Assembly (NCBI GenBank): GCA_054600435.1
Contig: BAAIJX010000045.1
Span: 1 to 64,000 of the forward strand
Source of the DNA: Neophaeotheca triangularis
Lineage: Eukaryota
Direction of reading: 5' to 3'
Length of the DNA stretch: 64,000 nucleotides
The position numbers were made by a program, and so were the translations under genes. Numbering within the stretch: position 1 is the stretch's first letter; the number at the start of each line of letters is the position of its first letter. Below the pieces are notes generated by a model. The model saw only the letters and a list, made by a program, of their open reading frames with translations. It made no database searches and was not told where the DNA came from. Below, one piece after another: positions 12,969 through 25,446 of the stretch.

Positions 12969-15209
12969 ATGCGGTCACTCTCGATATTACGACTCCTCGC
13001 TCTTCCACTCCTAGCCTCCGCCCTCTCCAACCCTTCCAAGGGCCACATAGAACAACACGCCGACACCCTTACCCCAGCACGGAAACTCTTTAAACGGGAA
13101 GACGCTCCCGCATCCGGTCCCTTTGACGGCGACCTCTCGACAACGACCGACGGCGGCCTTGAAGGCACAACCTTCAACGGCAAGAACGTGCCCCCGGGCA
13201 ATGAGTTCAACGCCGAGACCCTTGAGGTGGCCCTCAACACCGGTGGCCATTACCTCGTCGAGTTCTTTTCCCCCTATTGCCACCACTGCAAAGCCTTTGC
13301 GCCGACATGGCAGACCATGTACGAATTCTACTACACTAGCGATCCTGTACCGCAAGCTGCACAAGCGGATGAGGGGGACATGAACAGTTTTACCCGCTAC
13401 TACAATTTCAAATTCGGCAAGGTGGATTGCGTCGCTAATGGCGATGTCTGCTCTAATAAGGAGGTCAGGAGCTTCCCCACTACGATCTTGTTCAAGGATG
13501 GGCAGGAGGTGAAGCGACAGGTTGGGAACCAAAAGCTGGAGTTTATGAGTAAATGGGTTGAGGAGATACTGGAGACTATACGGCCGGGTAGCAGGGTGGA
13601 AGGGGGGCCCAAGCTACCCAAAGTCGGCGATCATGAGGTTGAGGTGACACCGATTCATAATGTTGTGGTGGAAGAGGAGGAGCCAGTACCTGCAAAGGGG
13701 GAATCGACGGAAGAAATCAAACCCAAAGTGCTCACAACCAAGCCTGCGGAAGTGTCAAGAGTGACCCCTAATCCCTCTGGCAAATCCGTTCCCCTCTCCG
13801 CCGAAAACTTCCAACGCCAGGTAACAATGACCCACGAGCCGTGGTTCATCAAATTCTACGTGCCCTGGTGCCAACACTGCCAGGCCCTTGCACCCAGCTG
13901 GCAAGGCATGGCGCGCCAAATGCAAAACTCTCTCAACGTTGGCGAAGTCAATTGCGACCAAAACAAACATCTCTGCCGCGACGTCAAAGTCTCCGGCTAT
14001 CCAACCCTTCTCTTCTTCCGCGGCGGCGAACGCATCGAATACGACGGCCTGCGCGGTCTAGGGGACCTCATAAACTTCGCCAACAGCGCTGTAGCCGTTT
14101 CCGAAGGCGTCCGCGACGTCTCAGCCGCCGAGTTCGAAGCTCTGGAGGAGAAGGAAGAAGTTATCTTCCTCTACTTCTACGACCACGCCACGACGACCGA
14201 AGATTTCAACGCCCTAGACCGCCTCATCATGTCGCTAATCGGGCGCGCCAAACTCGTCAAAACCTCAGACCCGCTCCTCGCCGCCCGTTTCCGCATCTCC
14301 ACCTGGCCCCGCCTCCTCGTCTCCCGCGATGGAAAGGCCACCTACTACAACGGCCTCTCGCCCCGCGACATGCGCGACTTCCGCCGCGTCCTCAACTGGA
14401 TGCAAAGCGTCTGGCAACCGATTGTGCCGGAAATCTCCGCCTCCAACGCAGGCGAAATCATGTCCCACAAACTAGTTGTCCTCGGCATCCTCTCGCGCCA
14501 ACGCAGCGATGAGTTCATCTCCGCCAAACGCGAAATCAAGAACGCCGCTCTAGAATGGCTCGACAAGCAAACTCAAGCTTTCCAACTCGAGCGCCAAGAA
14601 CTCCGCGACGCGAAACAACTCCGGATCGAAGAGGCCGAAGACCGCAACGACCAGCGCGCCCTCCGCGCTGCCAAATCCATCCGCATCGACATGGAAACCA
14701 TTGAGCGCAAAGACGTGGGTTTCGCGTGGATCGACGGCGCCTTTTGGGAACGTTGGATCCGGCAGACTTTTGGCTTCTCCATCGACGAAGCCGGCGAGCG
14801 CGTCGTTGTGTACGATGACGAGAACCGCCGCTACTGGGACGTCACTACGACCGGCAACCCCATCGTACCCTCCCGCACCTCCATCCTCGAGACTCTGCCG
14901 CGTATCGTCTCCAATCCCCCGAAACTCGTCGCAAAATCAACGGCCACGCCGCTTGGCCATTTGTGGTGGGTAGTTCGCGGTGGTTTTGGCGGACACCCGG
15001 TTCTTAGCATTTTGGGGTTGGTGGGGCTGATTCTTACCGGGCTGGTTTATGGCCGTAAAAGGCTTTTGCGTGGGAGAGGGAGAAGCGGCAGCGACGCTGG
15101 CGGGTTCTTCAAAGTTGGGATCAGTGAGAAGGGGCTCGGGGGCGCTATGGATGGGTTGCTGGGCGGGAATCACGGGGTAAATGGGGGTGGGCAGGGAAAG
15201 GTGGATTAA
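12969..15209 (+). CDS. Membrane-anchored protein disulfide isomerase-related thioredoxin-domain protein (EPS1-like)
   Basis: Signal peptide MRSLSILRLLALPLLASALS. Two CxxC thioredoxin sites (FFSPYCHHCK, FYVPWCQHCQ) and a C-terminal TM helix (VLSILGLVGLILTGLVYG). Single exon. Confidence 0.85.
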   Translation: MRSLSILRLLALPLLASALSNPSKGHIEQHADTLTPARKLFKREDAPASGPFDGDLSTTTDGGLEGTTFNGKNVPPGNEFNAETLEVALNTGGHYLVEFFSPYCHHCKAFAPTWQTMYEFYYTSDPVPQAAQADEGDMNSFTRYYNFKFGKVDCVANGDVCSNKEVRSFPTTILFKDGQEVKRQVGNQKLEFMSKWVEEILETIRPGSRVEGGPKLPKVGDHEVEVTPIHNVVVEEEEPVPAKGESTEEIKPKVLTTKPAEVSRVTPNPSGKSVPLSAENFQRQVTMTHEPWFIKFYVPWCQHCQALAPSWQGMARQMQNSLNVGEVNCDQNKHLCRDVKVSGYPTLLFFRGGERIEYDGLRGLGDLINFANSAVAVSEGVRDVSAAEFEALEEKEEVIFLYFYDHATTTEDFNALDRLIMSLIGRAKLVKTSDPLLAARFRISTWPRLLVSRDGKATYYNGLSPRDMRDFRRVLNWMQSVWQPIVPEISASNAGEIMSHKLVVLGILSRQRSDEFISAKREIKNAALEWLDKQTQAFQLERQELRDAKQLRIEEAEDRNDQRALRAAKSIRIDMETIERKDVGFAWIDGAFWERWIRQTFGFSIDEAGERVVVYDDENRRYWDVTTTGNPIVPSRTSILETLPRIVSNPPKLVAKSTATPLGHLWWVVRGGFGGHPVLSILGLVGLILTGLVYGRKRLLRGRGRSGSDAGGFFKVGISEKGLGGAMDGLLGGNHGVNGGGQGKVD

Positions 15210-15870
15210 AGTGAGCGAATGGGAATAGGTGGGTAGAAAAATAGGGGTGGCCATGGGGAAGTTGTGGGTATTTCTCGCCCGCGGAATTTGGACTTCCCAA
15301 GCCTCTTCTCTGACTTTTTTTTTTTTTTTCTCTTTTGGGCGAGGGAAAGGCGCGTGGCGTGTCATTCTGGATTTGTTTGCAGGTCACCTACCTTTTGTTG
15401 TAGCGATATGTACACTTTATACCCTTTGTTTTGGTCCTGGTTTCTTCTTCGTGGTGCCTGCGTGGCGCCGCCGGCTCACGGGCTTACACAGGCACGAAGA
15501 TGCCTCGTAACTTGAGCCAGCTAGTGGATGGTTCCGTTTTCAATCCCTGCGCTCACGTGGCTTACTACGGCTCTAGCAAACTTAAAGACTCGTTCTTAGC
15601 TACTGAGTCAAGCCTCTTACGGGCAAAAGGGTTGGGCAGTACATCAGGTGATATCGATATGATACTGTTTCGTAAGAAGTTTGGCACTTCACTTGATTTC
15701 GCGCTAGCTTCGCTTCACGTGATGGGATTTCTAACCCCCGCCCGCCTCGCCCGGACGAATTGTTTCGCTCTCCGCTAGCCAGCCGCTCGCTCAGCACCAG
15801 CGGCATTGCCTCCACAACCTCTTTCGGTCTTTAATTTACCCCCCACAACCAAGACCCAAAAACCCACTCC

Positions 15871-18010
15871 CTACCGGCCTCCCTGATTCGCAGCGTCAAA
15901 CCCACTCCCGCCAACCACACTACCACCCGCATCCCCCAACCCCTCCACCGGCCTGTTGTAACTCCACCCAGCAAACTGCTGCTGCATCGTCTGCGACAAC
16001 ATGGGACCCTCGACATAGCTGTCGGTGGGAGCCTCGGATGTAAATTCCTTGTCGAAATTGGCGGTGTCGCGCTCGTCGGCGACGCTGGGTTTGAAAGAAG
16101 GCTCGTACTTGCGGTCGAGGAGTTTGCGCCAGTCTATGGAGTGGAAGAAGGGATGGGCCTGTGCCGAACGTGTTAGTAAATGAAGAGGTAGGGGTTTAGA
16201 AATGAGGTGGGGAAAGGGTGGGGTTGCTTACTTTGATTTCGCTGGCCCCATTAACGCCCAATCTTCGGTTCGCATCCCGGTCAAGCAGTTTGCTTAATAG
16301 ATCCCTCGCTGCAGGGGGCACGATCTCAGGGCCGGGGAAGTGCAGAGGCTCCGAGAGGATCTTGCGGTACATTTCGTTTGTGTTCTCATCGTAGAATGGC
16401 GGCAGTCCTGTCAACATCTCGTACAAGAGCACACCTAGTGTCCACCAATCGACGGCTTTCGTGTAGCCTTGTCCGTGCAGCAGTTCCGGAGCGAGGTACT
16501 CTGGTGTCCCGCAGAAAGTGTTGGTCTTGTCTTCATCCTTCATGTCGAGTTTGCACAGCCCGAAATCGCAAAGGGCGATGTGGCCGACGTAGTCGATGAG
16601 GATGTTTTCGGGCTTCAGGTCGCGGTAGATGACTCCAAAACCGTGAAGGCATTCGAGCGCGCAAAGGAGCTCGGCGGCATAGAAGCGGCTGCGGTTGATG
16701 TCGAAGCGCTGTTCTTTCTGGAGATGGTGGAAGAGCTCTCCGCCGTTGACGAAGGCTAGGACGAGGTAAAGTTTTTCCGGGGATTGGAAGGAGAATTTCA
16801 GAGGCACAATGAAGGGATTGTTGATCTGGGCTAGGACTGAGCGTTCGGCGAGTGTATGGGCGACTTCGCTGCGTGAGATGATGTGTTGCTTTCGCAGGGT
16901 TTTGAGCGCGTAGATTCGTTGAGTGTCCTTCTTCATCACTTGCATCACTTTGCCGAAGGAGCCTTTGCCGACGACTTTGAGCAAGTCAAAGTCGTCAAGT
17001 TTGAGAGAGCGTTGCCGGTTCTCGACATATTGCACACCTAGACGAATTGCGCCGGTGCCGAATTGAATGTCCTGCCATTGCACTTTGCTGGAGGATGAGG
17101 ATGAATAGGAGGCCGGAGGCATGGATTTGCTGTCCTTCTTGCTGCTGCTAGACTTGCTGTCGGACGAGGATGGTGGAAGAGGGGCGTTGTCTTCGTGGAA
17201 AGAAGGAGTAATGCGGCAGGTTCCTATGAAGATGTCCTGACCGCGTCCAGCATTCGGAGGCGCCGCTGGATTGCGAATGTATAGAGATAGAGACAGCTCG
17301 GTGCTTCTGCTGACATCAAACTTGTACTGCGTATTCTCACCTGCCCATACCGGGTTCTCCGGCGTCCCCGACACAGCATTGACAAAGATCTGTTGTTTAT
17401 CAAAGTCGACGAGGGCGTAGGGGAGGTATTTGCTGCTGTATCGACCGTGGGATGAGGGAACACTGTTGATGCCTCCTGCTGCTGACGACGGGCGGAAGCT
17501 GTTCTGTTGTACGCTTGAAGATCCAGGTCGAGCGCTGTTACCTCCCAGATAGCTGCCAGCGAAGCTGCCCGTGCTCAGACTTCCCCCATGTCCCTGCCGT
17601 TGTTGGAAGGCTTGCTCCGCTCCAGGCGGTAGACTAAACCCTTTACCTTCGTGGAGGGTGAGGATGAGGATACCAGGCTTGGCGGGTGCTGCAGTTGCCG
17701 TGACCATCTTCTCGGAGGCAGCAATGCCTTGCGGGTCGGCACCATTGCTGCTGCTGCTGCTGACGGCGGTGGATGATTGCGATAGAGGGGTAGAGGCTGC
17801 AGGTGTGTTGGGTTGGGAGGGGGACTTTTGCGGGGCGGCGCCGTCACCGGTGAGGGTAGATTGGGACGATGAGCGGGAGAAGGTGTTGGCGAGGGGGCCG
17901 AGATGTGTCTCCTTTAGTTCTGGGGGAAGTGATGGTCAGTATCGATTGCGGTACGTGTGAGTGCGTGTTGTTGACGGGTTGGACTTACTCTTGGTGAGTT
18001 TCCACGACAT
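15871..18010 (-). CDS. YPK1: AGC-family Ser/Thr kinase Ypk1/Gad8, 3 exons
   Basis: MSWKLTKKLKETHL start after splicing 17920-17988. C2-like region, GKGSFGKV, YRDLKPEN, DFG, TFCGTPEYLAPE. After intron ~16159-16231 comes the AGC tail NFDKEFT and hydrophobic motif QQFAGWSY; stop at 15871. Confidence 0.95.
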
Positions 18011-18658
18011 GACGGCTAGGGGTCGGAGGAGGTGTGGTTGCGGATAATGGTTGGCACCTCTCAGGGTGTGAAGATGGAGGCGGTTAAGGTGAGGGTGAAG
18101 ATGTCAGATGTCTTGGCTGGGTCAGACACGCAGGGTGAACAATAATGTTGGACGACGGGAGGGCGAGGGTGGGCGGCTCGTCGTCAAGTCGGAGGGCGGG
18201 GAAGCAGCGGTTGTTGGACCGCAGGTGGCAGGTGCACCTCAGGGGTCGGTTGGCTGGAGATGATGCCTTGGTGTAGCCAAAGACTGGAAGGAGAGCAATC
18301 GAAGACGAGGTCGAGTTTGTTAGGTAGTTACAGGAGTAGTAGACGGTGACTACCTACTGTAGGTAGCTCAGAGTCGTCGTAAATAACACAACGGCATGAA
18401 CGGGAGCCGACATCCACGATTTGGAGGGGGGAGGCGGTGCTCGGACCCTGACTGCCGAAATACGGCAAGGCTGAAGTTTAACTTAACGTTAATCACGTAC
18501 TGCTCTATTACATAAGCCGTGCGTGACGCGCGACTGCCCACCACACGTGCCAAGCTAAGCTACCTTACCTGGAGCTACCTCCCAACACCTGGGCTACGCT
18601 ACTTCACTTCACTTTCGAATCCGAACAATATCCTTCCTGATCGGGTAGCGATATCAAC

Positions 18659-20266
18659 ATGGGTCTCATCACAAAAGCCAAAGGCGCTCCCAAGTCAGCC
18701 GACGGCCGCAGCTCCGGCGGTGGAGTCAAGTTCATTTGTAACGTGTGTAGCAACGACATCACTTCCACCGTCCGGATACGATGCGCCAGCAAGCAATGCC
18801 CGGACTACGACCTCTGCGTGCCCTGCTTCTCCACGGGACAGTGCAATCTCCACCATGAACCGCGCAGTCACCCGTACCAGGTCATTGAGCCGCATAGCAT
18901 ACCAATCTTCGAGGAGGGGTGGGGCGCCGACGAGGAGCTGCTATTGTTGGAAGGGGCAGAACAGTATGGGTTGGGTAGCTGGGCGGATATCGCCGACCAT
19001 ATTGGAGGCTTCAGGGAAAGGGACGAAGTTCGCGACCATTATATTCAGACATACATCGAATCCTTGCGATTTCCCCTCCCTGAACGCGCCAGTCCCCAGG
19101 ATACGACCCTGTCCGACAGTATCCCACGTGAAGAGTTCCAGGCCCGTAAAAAGCGAAGGATAGAGTCGCGAAAGGAAGCCATCGCAGATGCCGCCGCTAC
19201 AGCTCCTACTCCTGCCAAGCCCACTTCCAGCATACCAAGTTGCCATGAGGTGGCAGGATACATGCCTGGACGACTGGAGTTTGAAAATGAATACTTCAAC
19301 GAAGCCGAAGAAGCAGTCCAGCACATGCAATTCGCACCGGAGGAAGGTCTGAACACCACAACAGGAGCTTTTGACCCAGAGACCGAGCTCAAAATGGTCG
19401 TCATGGACATCTACAACGACCGGCTGACCAACCGCATCGACCGCAAGCGTGTCATCTTCCACCACCGCCTGCTCGAATATCGCAAAAATACTGCCCTTGA
19501 CAAAAAGCGCACAAAAGATCAACGCGACCTCCACCACAAACTCAAACCCTTTGCGCGCATAATGTCCCACCCGGACTTCGTGGCCTACAGCAGCGACCTC
19601 GAAGCCGAGCAAAACCTCCGCCAAGCCATAACTCAACTCCAAGAATGGCGCCGCCTCCGCATCCCAACGCTAGCCTTAGGCGAAAAATACGAAGCCGAAA
19701 AAGCCGCCCGACAAGCCCGCAATACGCAATCTCTCGGCGCTTTCGACCGCATGAGCAACGGCGTCCGACCCTCGAACAAGGCCCCGGCGCCCCCCGAAAC
19801 CGCCACCGCAGTCACCGAGTACACCACCAGCAAAGACATCCCCATCCGTTTAACGACCAACCCCACGCAACCCGAGTCCACCGACCCAGCCTCCCTCCCC
19901 TCCGCCCTTCCCACCGAACCCTCCGCCACAGCCTCAAACCCAACCCCCAAACGCGCTCCGCTTGCCCCTATCCCCAACCTCCCGCCCCTCTCGTTAAACT
20001 CCACGCACACCGATTCCCAGCTCCTGCTTCCGGAAGAACTCGAACTGTGCTCAAAACTCCGATTGCACCCGAAGGCTTACGGGAGTATCAAGCTGAGAGT
20101 GCTGCAAGAGGCTATGCGGAATGAGGGACGGTTGAAGAAGAAGAATGTTCGCGAGATTTGTGGGTTGGATACTACCAGGGGTGGGAGGCTTTTTGAGTTT
20201 TGGGTTGAGGGGGGGGTTTTGGGGAATGGAGCTGGTGGGGGTGCTGGGGGTGGGGGGAAGGGTTAA
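18659..20266 (+). CDS. ADA2: Transcriptional adapter Ada2 (SAGA complex)
   Basis: ZZ zinc finger (CNVCSNDIT..CPDYDLCVPCF), SANT (WGADEELLLLEG..YGLGSWADIADHIG), GYMPGRLEF and C-terminal SWIRM-like LLLPEELELCSKLRL. Confidence 0.95.
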   Translation: MGLITKAKGAPKSADGRSSGGGVKFICNVCSNDITSTVRIRCASKQCPDYDLCVPCFSTGQCNLHHEPRSHPYQVIEPHSIPIFEEGWGADEELLLLEGAEQYGLGSWADIADHIGGFRERDEVRDHYIQTYIESLRFPLPERASPQDTTLSDSIPREEFQARKKRRIESRKEAIADAAATAPTPAKPTSSIPSCHEVAGYMPGRLEFENEYFNEAEEAVQHMQFAPEEGLNTTTGAFDPETELKMVVMDIYNDRLTNRIDRKRVIFHHRLLEYRKNTALDKKRTKDQRDLHHKLKPFARIMSHPDFVAYSSDLEAEQNLRQAITQLQEWRRLRIPTLALGEKYEAEKAARQARNTQSLGAFDRMSNGVRPSNKAPAPPETATAVTEYTTSKDIPIRLTTNPTQPESTDPASLPSALPTEPSATASNPTPKRAPLAPIPNLPPLSLNSTHTDSQLLLPEELELCSKLRLHPKAYGSIKLRVLQEAMRNEGRLKKKNVREICGLDTTRGGRLFEFWVEGGVLGNGAGGGAGGGGKG

Positions 20267-22818
20267 TTTGGGGTAGACATTGGGGGATGGGTTCGGGCGA
20301 GGTGCGGGTGTTGCGTTTACTGCGTGTGGTCTGGAACATCTGTGCTGCTGAAGCTGAGGGTCGAGCGAAAAGCGACGATGAGGTCGCATCTTGTTGTTGG
20401 ATGTATGGGATTTTGAGATATATTGATACCCTTTACCGACGACAGTGGTTGGCAGCTCTAATCTATTTATTTATAAACACCTAGCATCAACGCCAAATGA
20501 ACAGCGCAAATGTATCTTTGCATCCCTTTTTCATTTTCCTCTCGTTACTTCACTCTGTCGCCCTTTCCCTCTCCTCCTCTTCCCCCATACTCCCCTTCCT
20601 CCCCCGCTATCCCCCCTCCTCAGCCCAAAAAAATCTCAACATCGACAAAGCCAGTTTTTTCCCCCTATGGAATGGAACAAAGTCCCAACACCCAGCTCTC
20701 TCTCTTCGATTCCGCACCATCCACTCCTTCAAACCTCTCAAGAAAAGGAAGGGTAAAAAAAGAAAAAAAGGTAAGCAACGCACCAAAAATCCAGCTAGCT
20801 TACCAACACCCCAACCCTCTTACCTCCAATACCACGGATACATTTATCACCAACTAGCACGCTACCAGCTACTTACCCAGGCCACGCGAGCCCAAGGGCA
20901 CGCGAGCCCAGCGTGCGTGCGAATGGCGCAATGGCGGAAATTGTTGATTTGCTGACCACCGCGCTCTCCGCTGCTGGGTGGACTTCACTTTGACGCTCGG
21001 ACCACTGGCGCACGTGCTCGGATGACCTGGGTCACTTGTCCCGGATCTTGGTGTATTGGCATTGGAACTCCAGATTGTCCGTTCCCACTGCTTTGCTCAC
21101 CTGATCATGGCTAAAGATGTAACGAAAGGTGGGTACTGGGAATTCATGTAATTTGCCTTCTCCGTGGCATCGGGTAGGTTGGCTGATCGCTTTTCTTAGT
21201 TTCTGGTTCCGAGGGTTTGGGGAGGTCGAGTTGATTACCACGATGTGAGTTAGTTGTGAAGACCTATGTGAGGCGTTGAGACCATTGGTGGTATTGCTAG
21301 ATCGCGCAATTTCTATTCACTGCTTTCCGGCCATGGTCTTTGGCTGGAGAGTCGAGGTTAGGATGCTTGCTTCTGTCGCTTTTGGCAAGCTTGTCCCTTT
21401 CCTTGCCTTCCCTGGGTTCTTGAGATTTTGGAGCGGAGGTCTATGTATGGTCTTTGCAGACCGCGATGCTGGCCGCTGAAGCGGATTCAGGGAACGTTGG
21501 GGATTGACCGTGAGTGCGGCTGCAACTATACACCCCCACCCACGCGCTCCTCGCCTAAAGGTCACATAAGGTCCAATTTTTGGCGATACTCTATCTTGAA
21601 TCCACTCACGACGTGGACACATTTGCAGCCTGGGGGGCGAAAAAAAGCCTCGAGGTCATGCGACCGGGTTAATATTTCCTTCGAGGTTGCGTAGGCTTCG
21701 ATGCTGGCGTTGTTGTGCGTGTTTCTATCCATCTCCTAGTCTATACTCCAATCGTCAACAGCCCATTGGCGCTGCTAAGCCAACTCTGAGAGGTTTTCCA
21801 AGAGGAGAAGGGAGATGTTGAGCAAAGCTTTCGACCCGCACATGCGGCTACGCTGCCTACTATCAAGCCGAACTTCACGGACGCATCGATGCTCTGCCGC
21901 TGAATGAGAATGTTCAGACGTTGGTTGTTGGAAGGGTACCTTACTCGACTTAGTCTAGTGAACGGCGTGAAATCCTCATTTGCTCGTGACGATACTGCGA
22001 GTCAGCCGAGTCTATTGGTGAATGCAGCTGCTGAGACCGGCGTGACCTGGCTCCAGATGGACGGAGAGAATGGGTCCCACAGGACACTATTGCTTTGCGG
22101 TTGCCTGGACTCTTCCCATACTATATCTGGGGCGCTATTGCTTGCCTACAAGGGGAAATCGGTCGACTCCCGTCTGCTAGGCCGGTTCGCTAGGTGGGTG
22201 TGCTGACCTTTGCCGTTGTTGTAGGATACACCCCTTCTGAAAAGCGTGGCCGCTTTGCTGATGACCAACTACTAACACGTGGCGCGGCACGGGTCTACTA
22301 TAAAATTCTCTCTTGAGCACGCGAACAATCGCACGTGAAACAGGGGCCCAAGGTTTGCGAACTTGATTATGCAGTATGGGGAACCATTATTCGCCTCTAG
22401 GTAAGCTGGCTGCTTCAGGACTGTGGCTCCTCTACAGAGAGACGTTGAGTGATTACGGCTGACCCCATGGGAATACCAGTGCCGATGCGCTGGGTTTCCA
22501 TTAGATCCTTCGCGCGAGGAGCATGCTTCAAGCGCCACCGTCGAGCGTTCTATAAGAAGGGGCTGCTCTGTCGCTGTTGCTTTTGCTCTCTTCCTATGCC
22601 ACCGCTCTACACCTCTCGTCAGTAATCTCTCTGTGGACTCTGACAAATACCTTAGCGTCTACTAGTTCACCGGCTCCCTGATAGCCTGCTCTACCATCAA
22701 ACCCTACTCTTTCACTCTCGACACCTACAAGCCCTCCTTTGGCCGACTGTTCGCAGCCTGGTGCCAACAACACCCGCTCATCTAACCATCAGTACCGCCC
22801 CGAGCAATCTTCAAAACC

Positions 22819-24568
22819 ATGCCCGTCATCGAAGTAGTCACCAGCGCCGCCGCAGCCGCAGCCGCTGTAGCAGCCTCAGAGGGCGCAGCCGTTGCCGCCT
22901 GCATTACCAGCGCTGGCAGCGCCGTTTATGGCTGGGTCTCAGGCGCTGCAGCTCTCACGGGCTGGGGATTGGCAGCTACCGGAAGCGCCACCGGCGGCGC
23001 GTTTGCCTCAGCCATGGCCGGAGTGGGCGCGGGCATTGCCACGGGACTAGGAGTGGTAGCCACAGGTGCCATGGTCGTCTTGGGCGTTATGGCCGTCATT
23101 GCCATCCTTGCGGCTACCATGGGGTTGGTTGTTGCTGGCCATTTCGCTTTTAATCTGGCTCAAGACGAGTTCAAGGAATTCATAGGGACTCAGGATGATT
23201 GGATTCAGGTGGGTACTTACGGTACCCAAGCATGCCGTAATGACCCTGCTGACTTCTTTGGTTAGAACGCTGGGATCCCAGGAGGTGGAGGCACGTGAGT
23301 TAATCTGGTCCTCACTTTCTCACAAGACAATAGCGGCATGCTGACATTCTATGTGTAGCAAACATGAGCACGAGATCGGCTACCAAATCCTCGACGGAGA
23401 AAGCAAGCACGCGAAGGTGTTCAAGAAGCAGAAGCACAAGGAGCTGGTCTTCAAGCAATGGAACATCGGCAACGGTGATGCTATTGCTTGTTGGAAGAAG
23501 CACAAAAGTAACTGCTTGTACTTCAAGAACATGTTTCTCGGTTGTGCTTGGAGTGGTCACAACATCCCTGCAGGCCCTGTAACCATGGAGATCAAGGGTG
23601 TTGAGGGTTCCGTCGAGGCGTACTGGTTCATGCCCAAGTAAGTGTCGAAAAGCCCTTTTTATCTTTCCCGAAATAACGGCTTTTTGTTTTCTTGCACTTC
23701 ACTTGATCGAAGACTGACACACCATTGCAACAGCTTCAAGCACGGTTCATGTTGGCCCGGATTTCCCAACGGAGAGCCCGGATGGTCTGAGTTGCCTGGG
23801 GTCAATGCGACATCTGAAAACAGGCCCGGCGGCGAGTGGCCGAACAAGGAATACTTCCCTGCTTCCGAGAAAATAAAGATCGTGCACAAGGCAGGCCCCG
23901 GCCGCAGAGATGAGAGGAATGCCGAGTCAGCAATATCTGACCTCCACGCCCGTGGGATCGTTCCTCACGACTGGGTTCTCGAGCCGGCCAGCAGCGCCGC
24001 AGCCACAGACACCAACAACTCCAACTGCCTCCTCGACCACTGCTTCACCGCGCCTCCCAGCGCTAATCTCCCCCCAAACACAGCGGCCGACAAACCCCAC
24101 ACCACCCTCGTCAACGCCATCCTCTCCACCCTCCTAGCCTCGCACCCAACCGCCGACCTCTCCAACCCTCTACTCTCCACCCACCTCACCCCAGCCATCT
24201 CCTCCATCTCCAACCTCACAACCGCCCTCCTCCAACACCCCGACCACGGCATCCCGCACGCCCACGAAACCCTCCAGCACGCCATCACAGCCCTAATCAC
24301 CGACGACCGCATCAGCGAGCACGCCGACATCGTGGACGAAATACTCCTAAGCACCAGCCAGAGCTTCGCAGCCGACGACGGGAGCGAGGGGAATTTGGAA
24401 AGCCACGCGCATTCCGTAGGAGTGGAAGCCGGCTTCGGGATCACGTGGGATCGACTCCTAGCCGGCAGCGTCCGAGACGGGGACGTGCGCGTTTTCGAAC
24501 GCATGTTTGGCCATGTGAAGCGCAAGGAGGAGAGTTCGAGGGAGGATCGGGAGAGGCGGCGGAGATGA
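22819..24568 (+). CDS. Hypothetical ~510-aa protein with Ala/Gly-rich hydrophobic N-terminus, 4 exons
   Basis: Exons 22819-23208, 23266-23294, 23359-23637 and 23734-24568. Introns GTGGGT..CTGAC..TAG, GTGAGT..CTGAC..TAG and GTAAGT..CTGAC..CAG join three separate ORFs into one 1533-nt frame. Confidence 0.75.
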
Positions 24569-25180
24569 CTTTGATGACCTGGGTTGGACGCAAGAGGGTG
24601 CAAAGGATCTTCACGCGTGTTTTGCACGGCTGGCGTTTCGGGAGTTGAGGCTTTGCTCTGCTGCTAGCAGCTTTGGCGCATGAGGTTCTCCCGTTGTTTT
24701 TATCGGCGTCCGTGCTAGGGGGTCGGATCCTATCGAGCCCGTTGGAAGGCGAGTCGCGAGTGAACGATTGGATGATTGGGGTTTTCTGGGATTGAAAAGT
24801 TTGAGATGCGCCAAAAGCAAAACCAAGAAGAAAAGAGAAGAAAAAAAGGGTCAAGAGACAACTGATAATTTCCGTCTTTTAACAAACCAGGCGTTGGCAG
24901 TTCGGCTTTCTCTTTCCACCAGGATGGACCACGGGTCGCATGGCTTGGATGTAAATCTTGAGTCTACCATGTCGCGGCGCTAGGTACTTGTCTTGAAGGG
25001 TCGGCGTCGGTTGTAAGTACGGATTGGATCTGGCTTTGTATACTTGGTTCTGCTGAAGTCCTTGGCTTTTGGAGCGCTTATCTCGCTGACCAGGATGGAA
25101 TTGGAGTTGGATGGGGCGAGCGCAAGGTATTGGATTCTAGAAAAGTTGTCGTGCCGACCTCTTTCGCCTGCTTGGTTTCG

Positions 25181-25228
<48 letters not shown>
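25181..25228. repeat. (GCTT)12 microsatellite
   Basis: Perfect tetranucleotide run downstream of MCD4. Confidence 0.95.
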
Positions 25229-25229
<1 letters not shown>

Positions 25230-25446
25230 GGTATCGTCGTTATAATAGTCACGGTATTGACGTTTAAATCTTGGAATCGTCTTCGCCACTTCGCCGGTAT
25301 AATACCTTACATTTGCTCTGCGCTTGCAACTGCAAACTTCGTAGACTTTTTGATTCAAGTGCTCTCTCTGCTCGGGGCGAGCAAGCTCGTCGCGTATATT
25401 ACACAGCACGCATCCCACGCACCCACGCTATCGCGACCAAACCGCA

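Noticed and set aside
15725..15745. CTAACCC as a telomerase RNA template
   Set aside because: The template is incomplete and the intergenic space is far too short for a filamentous-fungal telomerase RNA.
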